DNA of 59,330 nt, the filler included. It is 3 parts of 3 records of this genome, joined end to end, with 100 filler letters (N's around TTAATTAATTAA, not from the genome) between each part and the next. Parts side by side here need not be neighbours in the genome. Positions count along the whole stretch, not along the records: positions 28,258 to 47,759 come from DRR378314_780; positions 47,860 to 59,330 come from DRR378314_785; 1 more part is not named here. One strand, written 5' to 3'. Below the pieces are notes generated by a model. The model had not been told where the DNA came from. It made no database searches and worked only from the letters and a program-made list of their open reading frames with translations. Shown here one piece after another: positions 37,636 through 47,860 of this stretch. The translations under genes and the position numbers were made by a program. Each line of letters begins with the position of its first letter. Position 1 is the first letter of the stretch.

Positions 37636-38220
37636 TTATAATGACAGATATTTCTGTTTGGAAAAAATAATCAGTTCATCAAAAAAATAGGTAAATTCCT
37701 TTTCAAAATCGGCATAATGTTCCTCAAGGTCCAAAATAGCAAAATTCATTTTGGATTTATTTTGGGTCCGTCTATTCATTCCATTCAAAACCCTCGATAT
37801 TCCTTCCATTTTGGCATAATTCAAAATCCAATTATCCGCAATCATATAAGGCATCATGCGCTTTACACCTATGGGAAGAATATCGTAATGGTTTTCCAAG
37901 AGATCATAAAAATTGTCCACAAAGTGGGGCAGTGGGGTATCGGCGTATTCCGACCAATTCTTGGCTAGAAAGTGGTCATAGAAAATGTCGACAATTACAC
38001 CGCTGTAATGACTGTAGTTCTCGTGCAGTCGTTTAGTGCTCTGCCTTACAATGGGGTGCTTGTCCGTATAAGTGTCAATGGCACGGTGCAGTACAATTCC
38101 TTTTTGAATTTTTTCGGGTAGGTGCTTGTATTTATTGCCCCGAATACTGTCTGCTATAAAATTCCCAATAGTAATCTGGTCGTCTTCAAAAGATAGATAT
38201 AGGTGTGCTAAAAAATTCAT
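37636..38220 (-). CDS. acpH: Acyl carrier protein phosphodiesterase
   Basis: MNFLAHLYLS, GNFIAD, LHRAIDTYTD and DIFYDHFLA motifs; the likely start is ATG 38220. Confidence 0.9.
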   Translation of the reverse strand: MNFLAHLYLSFEDDQITIGNFIADSIRGNKYKHLPEKIQKGIVLHRAIDTYTDKHPIVRQSTKRLHENYSHYSGVIVDIFYDHFLAKNWSEYADTPLPHFVDNFYDLLENHYDILPIGVKRMMPYMIADNWILNYAKMEGISRVLNGMNRRTQNKSKMNFAILDLEEHYADFEKEFTYFFDELIIFSKQKYLSL

Positions 38221-38315
38221 TGACCTCGGTTGAAGTTTATTAACCTCGAATTTACAACTTAGCGGCATAGGATTTAAACCTAACCTTTTATATTTGTAAA
38301 AATTTATAAATAAAT

Positions 38316-39704
38316 ATGACTTTAATTAAATCTATTTCCGGAATACGGGGTACCATTGGCGGTAGGCCTGGAGACAATCTCACACCTATTGATGCGGTTA
38401 AATTTGCGGCTGCTTATGGTGTTTGGTTAAAAGAATACTCTAAAAAGGAAAAACTAACGGTAGTTATTGGCCGTGATGCCAGACTTTCCGGAGAAATGAT
38501 CCAGAATTTGGTAGTATCAACCCTTGTAGGACTGGGAATAGATGTGATAGATCTGGACCTGTCCACCACACCGACCGTAGAAATAGCGGTTCCTATGGAA
38601 AAGGCCGATGGAGGAATTATCCTTACGGCCAGCCATAATCCAAAGCAATGGAACGCCCTTAAACTTCTAAATGAGAAAGGGGAATTTTTGGATGCAGCCC
38701 AAGGTGCCAAAATATTGGAAATTGCAGAAAAGGAAGCCTTTAATTTCTCAGAGGTAGATGATTTGGGAACCGTTAATAGGAATGACTCCTATATCGATAT
38801 CCATATAGATGAGGTGTTAGACCTTTCTTTAGTGGATGCGGATGTTATACGTGCGGCCAAGTTTAAAGTAGTGGTAGACGGGGTAAATTCTACCGGTGGC
38901 ATTGCCATACCTAAACTTTTAAAGGAATTGGGGGTAGAAGTAGTGGAGTTGTACTGTGATCCCACAGGGCATTTTCCCCATAACCCAGAACCTCTAAAAG
39001 AACATTTGGGAGATATTTGTGAATTGGTGGTAAAGGAAAAGGCCGATTTCGGAATCGTTGTGGATCCAGATGTGGATCGCCTGGCATTCATCACCAATGA
39101 AGGGGAAATGTTCGGGGAGGAATATACTTTGGTAGCCTGTGCAGATTATGTATTAGGAAAAACCAAAGGAAATACTGTTTCCAATCTATCCTCTTCAAGA
39201 GCCTTAAGGGATATTTCTGAAAAACACGGTGGCACTTATGAAGCCGCTGCCGTAGGTGAAGTAAACGTGGTGACTAAAATGAAGGCCAATAAGGCCATTA
39301 TAGGTGGTGAGGGCAATGGCGGTATTATTTATCCTGAAAGTCATTATGGTAGGGACTCCCTAGTGGGAACGGCCTTATTTTTAATGTTGATGGCGGAAAG
39401 GGGAGGTACCGTAAGTGAACTAAGAGCCAGCTACCCTAGTTATTTTATGAGCAAAAAGAAGATTGAACTTACACCTGGCTTGGATGTAGACGGTATTCTA
39501 GTGGCTATGGCGGAGAAATATAAAAATGAGGAAATTTCTACTATTGACGGGGTAAAGATAGATTTTCCGGAGAATTGGGTACACTTGCGTAAATCCAATA
39601 CGGAGCCCATCATCCGAATCTACACGGAAGCCAAAAGTCAGACCGAAGCAGATGGCTTGGCAGATAGAATAATAGGCGAGATAAAAACGGTAGCAGGAAT
39701 CTAA
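38316..39704 (+). CDS. glmM: Phosphoglucosamine mutase / phosphohexomutase
   Basis: TASHNP, DPDVDR and GGEGNGG motifs; TATATTTG promoter element at 38289-38296. Confidence 0.88.
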   Translation: MTLIKSISGIRGTIGGRPGDNLTPIDAVKFAAAYGVWLKEYSKKEKLTVVIGRDARLSGEMIQNLVVSTLVGLGIDVIDLDLSTTPTVEIAVPMEKADGGIILTASHNPKQWNALKLLNEKGEFLDAAQGAKILEIAEKEAFNFSEVDDLGTVNRNDSYIDIHIDEVLDLSLVDADVIRAAKFKVVVDGVNSTGGIAIPKLLKELGVEVVELYCDPTGHFPHNPEPLKEHLGDICELVVKEKADFGIVVDPDVDRLAFITNEGEMFGEEYTLVACADYVLGKTKGNTVSNLSSSRALRDISEKHGGTYEAAAVGEVNVVTKMKANKAIIGGEGNGGIIYPESHYGRDSLVGTALFLMLMAERGGTVSELRASYPSYFMSKKKIELTPGLDVDGILVAMAEKYKNEEISTIDGVKIDFPENWVHLRKSNTEPIIRIYTEAKSQTEADGLADRIIGEIKTVAGI

Positions 39705-39766
39705 TAGATTAGTATAAATAAGGGTCGGAAAACACATATTTTCGACCCTAATTTTTAATTGTGAAA

Positions 39767-40555
39767 ATGAAATATCACCTCTCAAAATTACTTCTTTTCG
39801 TTTTTGTTGGAAGCACTTCTTATTGTAGTTTAGCACAGGCAGATACACTAAGGGTGATGAGTTTTAACATCCTACATGGGGCCACGACCAAGAACGATTT
39901 TAATTTGGATACCATTGCAGGAGTGATTAACTACTACCAACCTGATTTGGTGGCTCTACAGGAGGTCGATTTTAGAACGAAAAGAGCCAAAAATTACGAT
40001 TTGCCCACAGAATTGGGAATGCGAACAAAAATGGCCTCGTTATTTGCCCGAGCCATGTATTATGATGGAGGGGAGTATGGAGAAGCGGTGCTATCAAAAT
40101 TTACTTTTATTGGCAGTGAGAATTTGGCGCTGCCCCATTTGCCAGATTCGGAACCTAGGGCTGCCTTGGTTACTAGGGTAAAAACCAAAAAAGGGAATAC
40201 CATTCAGTTTGTGGGTACGCATTTGGATCACTTGAAGGATGAAACTGATAAGGTAATGCAGGCCAAGGCTATCGTTGCCCATTTGGGGGACACGGAATTC
40301 CCGACTTTGTTGGTGGGCGATCTCAACGCAGTGCCTAATAGCAACCCTATCACTATCCTTTCCGAAAAATTCTCAAAACCCAAACACCCCAATGCTTGGA
40401 ACGGTACTTTTCCAGCAACTGGTCCCAATATTTGTATTGACCATATAATGTATAATCAGCCCGAAAAATGGCAGGTGTTGGATTATGAGGTATTATGTGA
40501 GAATTATGCCAGCGATCATTGTATCGTAATCGCTACTCTGGTATTTACTCCTTAG
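39767..40555 (+). CDS. Secreted endonuclease/exonuclease/phosphatase family protein
   Basis: Signal peptide, MSFNI, LQEVD, THLD, GDLN, IDHI and SDH motifs. Confidence 0.88.
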   Translation: MKYHLSKLLLFVFVGSTSYCSLAQADTLRVMSFNILHGATTKNDFNLDTIAGVINYYQPDLVALQEVDFRTKRAKNYDLPTELGMRTKMASLFARAMYYDGGEYGEAVLSKFTFIGSENLALPHLPDSEPRAALVTRVKTKKGNTIQFVGTHLDHLKDETDKVMQAKAIVAHLGDTEFPTLLVGDLNAVPNSNPITILSEKFSKPKHPNAWNGTFPATGPNICIDHIMYNQPEKWQVLDYEVLCENYASDHCIVIATLVFTP

Positions 40556-41540
40556 CCAGTTGTTCGTTTAGGTAGGCTCCACGTACCAATTTGGAAGTCT
40601 GGTGTTCACCGGTATGGCTCCAACCCGGAGGCATAATAATATAAAGGAGTTTATTCTTTAACCCGGGTGCTTTGGCTACATCTTTAAAAAGGGCAACAAA
40701 TTCGCCGAAATAAACATCCAAGAAGTTGCCACTATCCATTTTACGGGTAATGCCGTATTCTATTTGGATATCATGTTGTTCCTCTTGATAAGTCCCAAAA
40801 ACCTTGTCCCAAATATTCAATAAATTACAGAAATTGGTATCCATGTACAGTGGGTTTCTGGCATGGTGCACCCTATGATGGGAGGGTGTTAATATTATCT
40901 TGTTCAAAAACCCCATTCTGCCATCTTTCATCAAATTTTCACCAACATGTATAAATGCTCCATAGGTACCATCTATAAACATGATCAAAAAGAGTAGAAC
41001 CGGCTCAACACCCAATAGTATACATACCGTTGTTCTAATGGCATCGGCATAAGGGGCCTCCAGAAAAAAATGCGCATGGGTTACGGAAAGGTTCATTTGT
41101 TCCGGTGCATGGTGGGTAGAATGCAAACACCAAAAAAGTCGCACTTTATGCCCCCAATAGTGGTAGAGGAAATGACCAAATTCCCAAACAATATATCCAT
41201 AAATAAACCAGTACCATGTCATTTTGGTCTGGAATAGGGCATAGGGTTGTAACCACCCTATAATAAGGGTCACCATGGCTATGGCTATAAATCGGCCAAT
41301 AAACCTATTGAACACATAGATGAGGAAGTTAACTTTGTATACCTTGGTGTTAGGTTTTTTATATACCAGACCAAGGATGAATTCCAATAGCAATAGCAAA
41401 GGGATTATGGGGTAAATTAGGGATACAACACCATCGTAAGTAGAGAAAACGCTATAATCTCCGGCTTGCAACAATTCCAGTGCCTGACTTATTCCCAAAA
41501 ATCCAACAACCTCGTCATATAGGGTACCTAAAATTTCCAT
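40545..41540 (-). CDS. Sterol desaturase / fatty-acid hydroxylase family (alkylglycerol monooxygenase-like)
   Basis: His boxes HYWGH, HSTHH, FIH and HHRVHH; WDKVFGTY. Confidence 0.88.
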   Translation of the reverse strand: MEILGTLYDEVVGFLGISQALELLQAGDYSVFSTYDGVVSLIYPIIPLLLLLEFILGLVYKKPNTKVYKVNFLIYVFNRFIGRFIAIAMVTLIIGWLQPYALFQTKMTWYWFIYGYIVWEFGHFLYHYWGHKVRLFWCLHSTHHAPEQMNLSVTHAHFFLEAPYADAIRTTVCILLGVEPVLLFLIMFIDGTYGAFIHVGENLMKDGRMGFLNKIILTPSHHRVHHARNPLYMDTNFCNLLNIWDKVFGTYQEEQHDIQIEYGITRKMDSGNFLDVYFGEFVALFKDVAKAPGLKNKLLYIIMPPGWSHTGEHQTSKLVRGAYLNEQLAKE

Positions 41541-41706
41541 AATAAGTTGACTTTTTATAAATAAGGTAATAATATATTTATAAACGAACAATTTTACCAC
41601 TAATTTAGACCAACGTCAATGCTGGACATCCAAAAGGTAATACAATGGGCAGTAAATACACAAATAATAAAGTTTATCGCGCGGGGATGTGCACGTTGCT
41701 CACTCG

Positions 41707-43629
41707 TTATTTACCTATAATTATGAAATCGCAGCGTCTGTTGGCCAGATGGTCTTCATTGCTGCAGGGAACACCGTTGGCGCAATTATTGATCAACCGC
41801 GACTCACCATAGCCTATTGCGCTCTCAATTCTTGAGGGATCAATTCCCATATACACAAGATATTCTTGGGTAGACTTGGCCCTGTTGTTGGAGAGTTCCA
41901 AATTAAAGGTGTCCGATGCCCGTGAATCGGTATGGGCTTCAATTTTAATTTTTACGCTTGGGAAAGCGTTCATAAAGCTCACTATCTTGTCCAGTTCTGC
42001 AGCGGCCTTATAGGTAATGTTATGTCGGTTCAGATTAAAGAATATAGGGTTTACCCTAACTTTTTCCACACCTCCTTCGTTGACTACAAAACTTGAAAAG
42101 GGGGTTAACACGGTATTACTGATATCTTTAAAAAGGTTAGGCGAATCTGCATTATTCACCATCTTGATTTCCTGTTTGTATTCCAGTTTAAAAAAGGCAA
42201 ATATATGATTCACGCTGGGTGATAAAGCTACTTCAAAATTACCCTGTTGATCGGTAGTGGTTTCCAAAACCAATTCTTTTTCCTGATTATATACCTTTAT
42301 CTTAACCTCCGGGATAGGTGATTGGCTAATTTCGTCCTTTACGGTGCCTTTGTAGACCATAGTTTCGGCTATTTTGTTAAAGGCATATAAGTCGTCATCA
42401 CCCTTGCCATCTATCCTATTGGAAGAAAAATAACCGGTATTTTCAGAATTGTTTACGATAAAAGCAAAATCATCCATATTGCTATTGATGGGCATTCCCA
42501 TGTTTTTTGCCATTCCAAACCCATTCTCGGATTCAATTTCAGCCTTGAAAATGTCGAGCCCACCTAGTCCAAAGTGACTGTCCGATGCAAAATATAGGTA
42601 TTGGCCTGCTATAAATGGAAACATTTCCCTTCCAGGAGTGTTAACACTGGGACCAAGGTTGGTGGCCGGACCCAATTTTCCATCCTCCCTGATATCTACG
42701 TAATAAATATCGGTTTCCCCAAATCCTCCGAACATATTGGAAACAAAATATAGTCGCTTCCCATCCTCGGTCAGGTAAGGATGTCCAAAGGAGTATTTGG
42801 GATTATTGAATTTTAATGAAACGGCCCCCACAATGGAATCGCCTTTCACCTCTCCCCGTAAGATCTGCATATTGGAAAATCCTTTGGGATTCACTTGTAA
42901 GTCGTTGTCTTTTAGGTAGTTTTGGGTGAAATAAACGGTTTTATAATCCGAAGAGTAGGTAAGTGTTCCTTCGTGAAATGAAGATTGAATATTGGAATGC
43001 AATTTTTGCACGTATTTTAGTTCACCTGTGGTAGTATCCCTCTTGGCCGTCAAAATGGACAAATAGGGCTGCTTGTTCCAGGAATACTCCGCATCTTCCG
43101 AAGACTCCGGTGCCCTACTGGAAGAAAATACAATGGCATCTTTGTAATACATTGGGGCAAAGTCCGATAGGGGCGAATTTATTTCCAAATTCCTTATTTC
43201 GTAAGTGGGAGTCTCGCCTATAAGGCTGTCCAAATATTTTTCCTGCTCCAAAATGGTGGCAAGTTTTAATTCATCGTAATTATAGTATTCCCTTATTAGG
43301 TTGTTGGCAGTAATATATTCCTGACAGGCCTTAAGGCATTGTACATATCGTATAAAAGTTACTTCATCCACTCTTTTTTCCTTAAGGGCATAAAGTTTTT
43401 CGTACCAAATTTTGGCATTGGCATAGTCGTTTATATTGAAATAGCTTTCCGCCAGTCGCTCCACAAATAGGGGCTTTGGCCGTTTCTTATTAGATTCGAG
43501 CTGTTGGTAAACATTTATGGCTTCTATGAAATTCAAATTTTGAAAATATTCGTTCGCCTCCGCTCTGGTATTCTGTGCCAGAAGGATATTGGTTAGGAAA
43601 AGGGCGAATATGGGTAGGATTATCTTCAT
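41707..43629 (-). CDS. PorE-like OmpA-family protein (TPR, PD40 propeller, CRD, OmpA_C)
   Basis: TPR N-terminus, LYFVSNMFGGFGETDIY, NLGPSVNTPGREMFP, HTDSRA and GYGES..NRR. Start at ATG 43629. Confidence 0.9.
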   Translation of the reverse strand: MKIILPIFALFLTNILLAQNTRAEANEYFQNLNFIEAINVYQQLESNKKRPKPLFVERLAESYFNINDYANAKIWYEKLYALKEKRVDEVTFIRYVQCLKACQEYITANNLIREYYNYDELKLATILEQEKYLDSLIGETPTYEIRNLEINSPLSDFAPMYYKDAIVFSSSRAPESSEDAEYSWNKQPYLSILTAKRDTTTGELKYVQKLHSNIQSSFHEGTLTYSSDYKTVYFTQNYLKDNDLQVNPKGFSNMQILRGEVKGDSIVGAVSLKFNNPKYSFGHPYLTEDGKRLYFVSNMFGGFGETDIYYVDIREDGKLGPATNLGPSVNTPGREMFPFIAGQYLYFASDSHFGLGGLDIFKAEIESENGFGMAKNMGMPINSNMDDFAFIVNNSENTGYFSSNRIDGKGDDDLYAFNKIAETMVYKGTVKDEISQSPIPEVKIKVYNQEKELVLETTTDQQGNFEVALSPSVNHIFAFFKLEYKQEIKMVNNADSPNLFKDISNTVLTPFSSFVVNEGGVEKVRVNPIFFNLNRHNITYKAAAELDKIVSFMNAFPSVKIKIEAHTDSRASDTFNLELSNNRAKSTQEYLVYMGIDPSRIESAIGYGESRLINNCANGVPCSNEDHLANRRCDFIIIGK

Positions 43630-43639
43630 AGTTCTTAGC

Positions 43640-44569
43640 TTAGAAAAATCTGGGTGAACGGGCATTTGGCCCCCATCTTGGCATTAAGTACTTCAATATT
43701 ATTTCGTGCGACCCCTGATTGTAATCGCCAAGATCTGAAATGCTATAATCATACGAATAGCCCAGAAAAAAGTTTTTGGAAACCTGAAATCCTGCCAAGG
43801 CACTATAACTGTCATTTAACCTGTGGGAAGCTCCCAAGGTAAATTTTTGCAGGAATAGTACATTTAGGGAGGCATCTATGGTTGGAGGTGCATTATCTAT
43901 GACCTTGACCAAAACAGAAGGTTTAAGCTTTAGGGCAGCGTTGATATCCAAAACATAACCACCTATAAAATATATATGATTGTCCCTGTGGATCAAGTTT
44001 TTGTCGCTAACTACATTGGATTGATTAATAAGTACGTTGGGAATGGAAAATCCAATATACCAGTTGTCATTATATACATATATTCCAGCTCCAATTGCGG
44101 GAAGGGCATTGTAATAGTTGTCATAACTAAATAGAACATCATCCTGATCGTAATAGTTGCCTTTGGAATAATCTACTTCAAAAAAATCGATCCCTGCATT
44201 TATCCCTAACGACATTTTTACTTTTTTGCTTAAGTTTAGATAGTAAGAAAAAACCGCATTGGAACTAAACTCGGTCGATGGTCCAATGTTATCCTTAAAG
44301 ATGTTGACCCCAAGTCCAATTCTATTATTAATGATTCCCGAAACTGTGAGTGCCTTTGTTTCGGGAGCTCCGTCGATCCCTATCCATTGGGCCCTGTAAC
44401 TCAGGGTGGCATCCATACGGTTATTCTCGTTAACGTATGCAGGATTTATGGTAGAGGTGTTGTACATATACTGGGTATATTGTGGCAGTTGCTGTGCCAA
44501 TAGACTACCTCCGCTAACAAGGATAAGCAGTGTAATGAGCTTTAGGAATTTTTTATGGGGGATCTTCAT
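43640..44569 (-). CDS. Type IX secretion PorP/SprF family barrel
   Basis: PQYTQYMYN..INPAY, YRAQWIGIDGAP, GYSYD, GSHEI and SPRFF terminus. Confidence 0.93.
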   Translation of the reverse strand: MKIPHKKFLKLITLLILVSGGSLLAQQLPQYTQYMYNTSTINPAYVNENNRMDATLSYRAQWIGIDGAPETKALTVSGIINNRIGLGVNIFKDNIGPSTEFSSNAVFSYYLNLSKKVKMSLGINAGIDFFEVDYSKGNYYDQDDVLFSYDNYYNALPAIGAGIYVYNDNWYIGFSIPNVLINQSNVVSDKNLIHRDNHIYFIGGYVLDINAALKLKPSVLVKVIDNAPPTIDASLNVLFLQKFTLGASHRLNDSYSALAGFQVSKNFFLGYSYDYSISDLGDYNQGSHEIILKYLMPRWGPNARSPRFF

Positions 44570-44594
44570 CTATAAATTTAAAGTGTAAGGCTCA

Positions 44595-45890
44595 TTAGTC
44601 TTTTCTTAAAAATAGCCAACCGGTTTTGTTTTCACTTAAGCCGTCGGTTTTTAAAATATAAAAGTAAGTTCCAGTGGGCAAGGGGTTTCCTTTGCCTATA
44701 GTGCCACTTACATTGGCCAGTCCTCTCCAATCATTTTGGTAGGCCTTTTGCTGATAGACAAGGGCGCCATATCTGTTAAATATTTGGAGTTCCGACTCGG
44801 GGAAAGTTTCTATACAGTCTATTCTGAAATAGTCGTTTTTCCCATCATCATTGGGTGTAAATTCATTGTATATGGTAATACAGGATGGTTCCAAAGTAAT
44901 TTCAGCACTATTGTTCTGCGAATTTTTATCCGCAGGAAAGGAGGTTTCGATGAGTGAATTACTACTGTAACTACCATTGGGCATTGCCTCAACTTCAAGG
45001 TTCAAAACCGCAGTTGCCTTGGCTTGTAATGAAGAAAGGCTCCAAACCTTGTGCGTTGCATCAAAGTTACCCTGGGAGGTTTTCGCATTAACATAACCAA
45101 AACCCGGGTCCAATTGCTCTTTGATCACTATATCGTTGAAATTGGACAGTCCTTCGTTTTCAACAGTAATGGTCAAAACTACTTTCTCCCCTATCATCGG
45201 GTGTTTGTTACTGACCGATTTGTTAATTTTTAAGTCTGATGGCCCATTGATTTTAACCGTAACCATTAGTCTGTTGGTACTTTCACAAGTTGAGGAAACT
45301 TGGGCTGCAAAATATTGCCTTCCATTTTGCAAAGGGGTATCAAAATCCAGTACTTTGCCTTCCAGGGCAGTGTTGTACCAAACAACATTGATTGGCTCCA
45401 CCTCCAAATCGCCGACAGTCGGATTTTGACCAAACGCAAAAACTTGGACATTACTTGAAGTAGTTGGGGTGGAAGGGGCATGTAGGATGACGGAAATTGC
45501 CAATCGTTGTTCACTTTCCTTACCATCCAATAATTGTGCGGCGTAATAAGTTGAATTATCTATTAATAGGCTGTTAGGGGCCAATGGATTGCCGTGGGAG
45601 GCACTGTTATACCAGACAATGTTGGATTCATTTATTTGAATAGCGCTTAAGGTGGGGCGGTCGAACGCGCAAAATTCCTGTTGGGTATTTTTAGTGGTAG
45701 GGGGAGATACCTCCCATATATGATCCCCGTCCATAGGATGATCATAAAAATGAATGCTTTTGGTCTTAATGAGCTCCGGATTTATTTTTGGAATTGAGTA
45801 ACATTGCTCTTGCCCAGCCAGAAAGACTACAAGGCAAAAAAATAAATCCAAAGTAAACCGGCCGATAGTTGTTTTGGTGTAAAATCTCAT
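44595..45890 (-). CDS. T9SS substrate with type B (gliding-motility-associated) CTD, Ig-like repeats and DUF11
   Basis: Two WYN..G..L...YYAAQ repeats, DLKINKSVS (DUF11) and FTPNDDGKNDYF/IFNRYG/LPTGTYFYIL CTD. Confidence 0.9.
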   Translation of the reverse strand: MRFYTKTTIGRFTLDLFFCLVVFLAGQEQCYSIPKINPELIKTKSIHFYDHPMDGDHIWEVSPPTTKNTQQEFCAFDRPTLSAIQINESNIVWYNSASHGNPLAPNSLLIDNSTYYAAQLLDGKESEQRLAISVILHAPSTPTTSSNVQVFAFGQNPTVGDLEVEPINVVWYNTALEGKVLDFDTPLQNGRQYFAAQVSSTCESTNRLMVTVKINGPSDLKINKSVSNKHPMIGEKVVLTITVENEGLSNFNDIVIKEQLDPGFGYVNAKTSQGNFDATHKVWSLSSLQAKATAVLNLEVEAMPNGSYSSNSLIETSFPADKNSQNNSAEITLEPSCITIYNEFTPNDDGKNDYFRIDCIETFPESELQIFNRYGALVYQQKAYQNDWRGLANVSGTIGKGNPLPTGTYFYILKTDGLSENKTGWLFLRKD

Positions 45891-46028
45891 TTACGGCTAA
45901 TAAATTTGGTTCTATAACGCAGAAAAAAATAAATTATTTAGTTTTTTGAGAATTATCCTTCGCAGCAAGGCCCACATAGATGGGCTTTTCAGAGAATTAG
46001 GAAGGAATAATTATCAGATAATACAAGT

Positions 46029-46916
46029 CTATTGGAATTCCACAGGTACTTTATTTCGGTGTTTCCAACGTTTGTGCGTCCAAAGGTAGTACTCCGGTTT
46101 TTCCCGTATCTGATCTTCGGTCAACCTAAGAAATTGGTCAGTAATTTGATGTTTTTTGGTCTGCTTGCCGGAGGTGGTAATGGGGATGAATTCCGCTTGG
46201 TAATACCCTCTTTTTACTTTGGAAACCTTAAGGAAGACCACTGCTAGGTCCAATTTTCTGGCCATGCTCTCGGGCCCATTAAAAATGGGTACCTTAACGC
46301 CCATAAATTCGCTCCAATACTGTGCCCTTTTTACTTGGGGGGATTGATCGCTCACCATACCATAGGCAGAATTTACCCCATTTTGGACATTTCTATATAC
46401 TGTTTTTACGGTTTCCTGTTGGGTAATTAGGGTGGTGTTCCATTTGGCCCTTATTTTCTTTATTAAATCGTCAAAATAGGAATTCCCAATTTTTTGGTAA
46501 ACGGCATATCCTTTGGCATTCACATAATTGTTAATGCTCACGTTCCACTCCCAATTGGCGTAATGGGAACATACGATAAGAACACTTTTATCTTTAACGA
46601 TTTCCTGAAGTACTTCAATATTAATGATCTTATAGCGTTCCTTTAGCTCCTCTTTGGATAGGTTCAAGGTCTTCACCATTTCCAGGAACATATCGCACAT
46701 ATGACGGTAGAATTCCTTTTTAATCTTTTTTAATTCCTTTTTTGACTTGCCGGGAAAGGCACGTGCAAGGTTTTCGGATACGACCCTTTTGCGGTAACCA
46801 ACAACATAGAAAAGCACAAAAAATACAAAGTCCGAGAAAAAGTAAAAAAGTCTAAAAGGTAATATGGAGATAAGCCATAGGAGGGGATATACTAGAATAT
46901 AGACCAGAAATTGCAT
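46029..46916 (-). CDS. Lipid A lauroyl/myristoyl acyltransferase family
   Basis: HYANWE, DQSP and PEYYLWTHKRWK motifs; likely start at ATG 46916. Confidence 0.9.
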   Translation of the reverse strand: MQFLVYILVYPLLWLISILPFRLFYFFSDFVFFVLFYVVGYRKRVVSENLARAFPGKSKKELKKIKKEFYRHMCDMFLEMVKTLNLSKEELKERYKIINIEVLQEIVKDKSVLIVCSHYANWEWNVSINNYVNAKGYAVYQKIGNSYFDDLIKKIRAKWNTTLITQQETVKTVYRNVQNGVNSAYGMVSDQSPQVKRAQYWSEFMGVKVPIFNGPESMARKLDLAVVFLKVSKVKRGYYQAEFIPITTSGKQTKKHQITDQFLRLTEDQIREKPEYYLWTHKRWKHRNKVPVEFQ

Positions 46917-46932
46917 GCAGATATAATTAGGG

Positions 46933-46950
46933 CAAATATAGCTATATTTG
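46933..46950. promoter_or_regulatory. Back-to-back -7 elements (bidirectional promoter)
   Basis: The perfect palindrome CAAATATA-GC-TATATTTG gives TAnnTTTG on both strands between two divergent genes. Confidence 0.7.
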
Positions 46951-46974
46951 AACCCAAAAATAATAGTTTTCTTC

Positions 46975-47625
46975 ATGAATAACATTCATCTTGCTACCAT
47001 TGCCATCATGGCTGCCAATGTCCTTGCCTCCCTAAAAGGTTTTAATAACACTACCTTCTTTGAACGTTACAAGTTCGGTGTCGGAGCTATTCAGGCAGGA
47101 CAGAAAGATAGGATGGTTACATCAGGTTTTTTGCATGTTGACCTTTCCCATCTATTTTTTAATATGTTTACCCTTTACTTTTTTGCAGATGTGGTCATTG
47201 ATTGGTTTGGTCCCAGTAAATTTCTTATTCTTTATTTTATCAGTCTAGTTGCCGGAAGTTTACTGGCATTATACTTTCATAAGAACGAACCTTACTATAG
47301 TGCCGTCGGTGCCAGTGGGGCGGTAACCGGGATATTGTACTCGGCCATCCTGCTGGAGCCTGGGATGCGATTGGGAATTATGTTCATTCCTATACCTTTA
47401 CCAGCTTATGTTTTAGGAATCCTCTACTTATTTTATTCTATCTATGGAATGAAAACACGCTTGGGGAACATTGGGCACACCGCACACTTTGGGGGTGCCA
47501 TTGGTGGGTATGTAGTTACCTTGTTATTTAAACCCGATCTTCTTGTTACAGATAGTTTAATGGTGCTTTTATTGGCTTTGCCAATTGTGCTACTTTTTAT
47601 TCTGGGGAAAATGGGCAAGATATAA
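46975..47625 (+). CDS. Rhomboid family intramembrane serine protease
   Basis: FLH..HLFFNM, GASGA and AHFGGA motifs; start at ATG 46975. Confidence 0.92.
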   Translation: MNNIHLATIAIMAANVLASLKGFNNTTFFERYKFGVGAIQAGQKDRMVTSGFLHVDLSHLFFNMFTLYFFADVVIDWFGPSKFLILYFISLVAGSLLALYFHKNEPYYSAVGASGAVTGILYSAILLEPGMRLGIMFIPIPLPAYVLGILYLFYSIYGMKTRLGNIGHTAHFGGAIGGYVVTLLFKPDLLVTDSLMVLLLALPIVLLFILGKMGKI

Positions 47626-47729
47626 GGGGCATATTATGTACGGCAACTCTATAAGATTCTCATTCAGGAGCGAAGCTGTTGACGATTCCAGTATTTATAC
47701 AATTTTTTATATCAGATCCGGATAAAACT

Positions 47730-47759
47730 AAAAAAGAGACTGCCTTTTTAGACAGCCTC
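47730..47759 (-). terminator. Hairpin plus T-tract on the minus strand at the contig end
   Basis: Minus strand reads GAGGCTGTCT-AAAA-AGGCAGTCTC-TTTTTT. It may also be the end of a dispersed repeat. Confidence 0.5.
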
Positions 47760-47859
47760 NNNNNNNNNNNNNNNNNNNNNNNNNNNNNNNNNNNNNNNNN
47801 NNNTTAATTAATTAANNNNNNNNNNNNNNNNNNNNNNNNNNNNNNNNNNNNNNNNNNNN
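47760..47859. other. Artificial contig spacer (N44-TTAATTAATTAA-N44)
   Basis: Same linker as 28158-28257; composition and taxon change across it. Confidence 0.98.
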
Positions 47860-47860
47860 T

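Noticed and set aside
47730..47759. IS terminal inverted repeat at the end of contig B
   Set aside because: No transposase is visible and the sequence is adequately explained as a terminator hairpin; cannot be resolved here.
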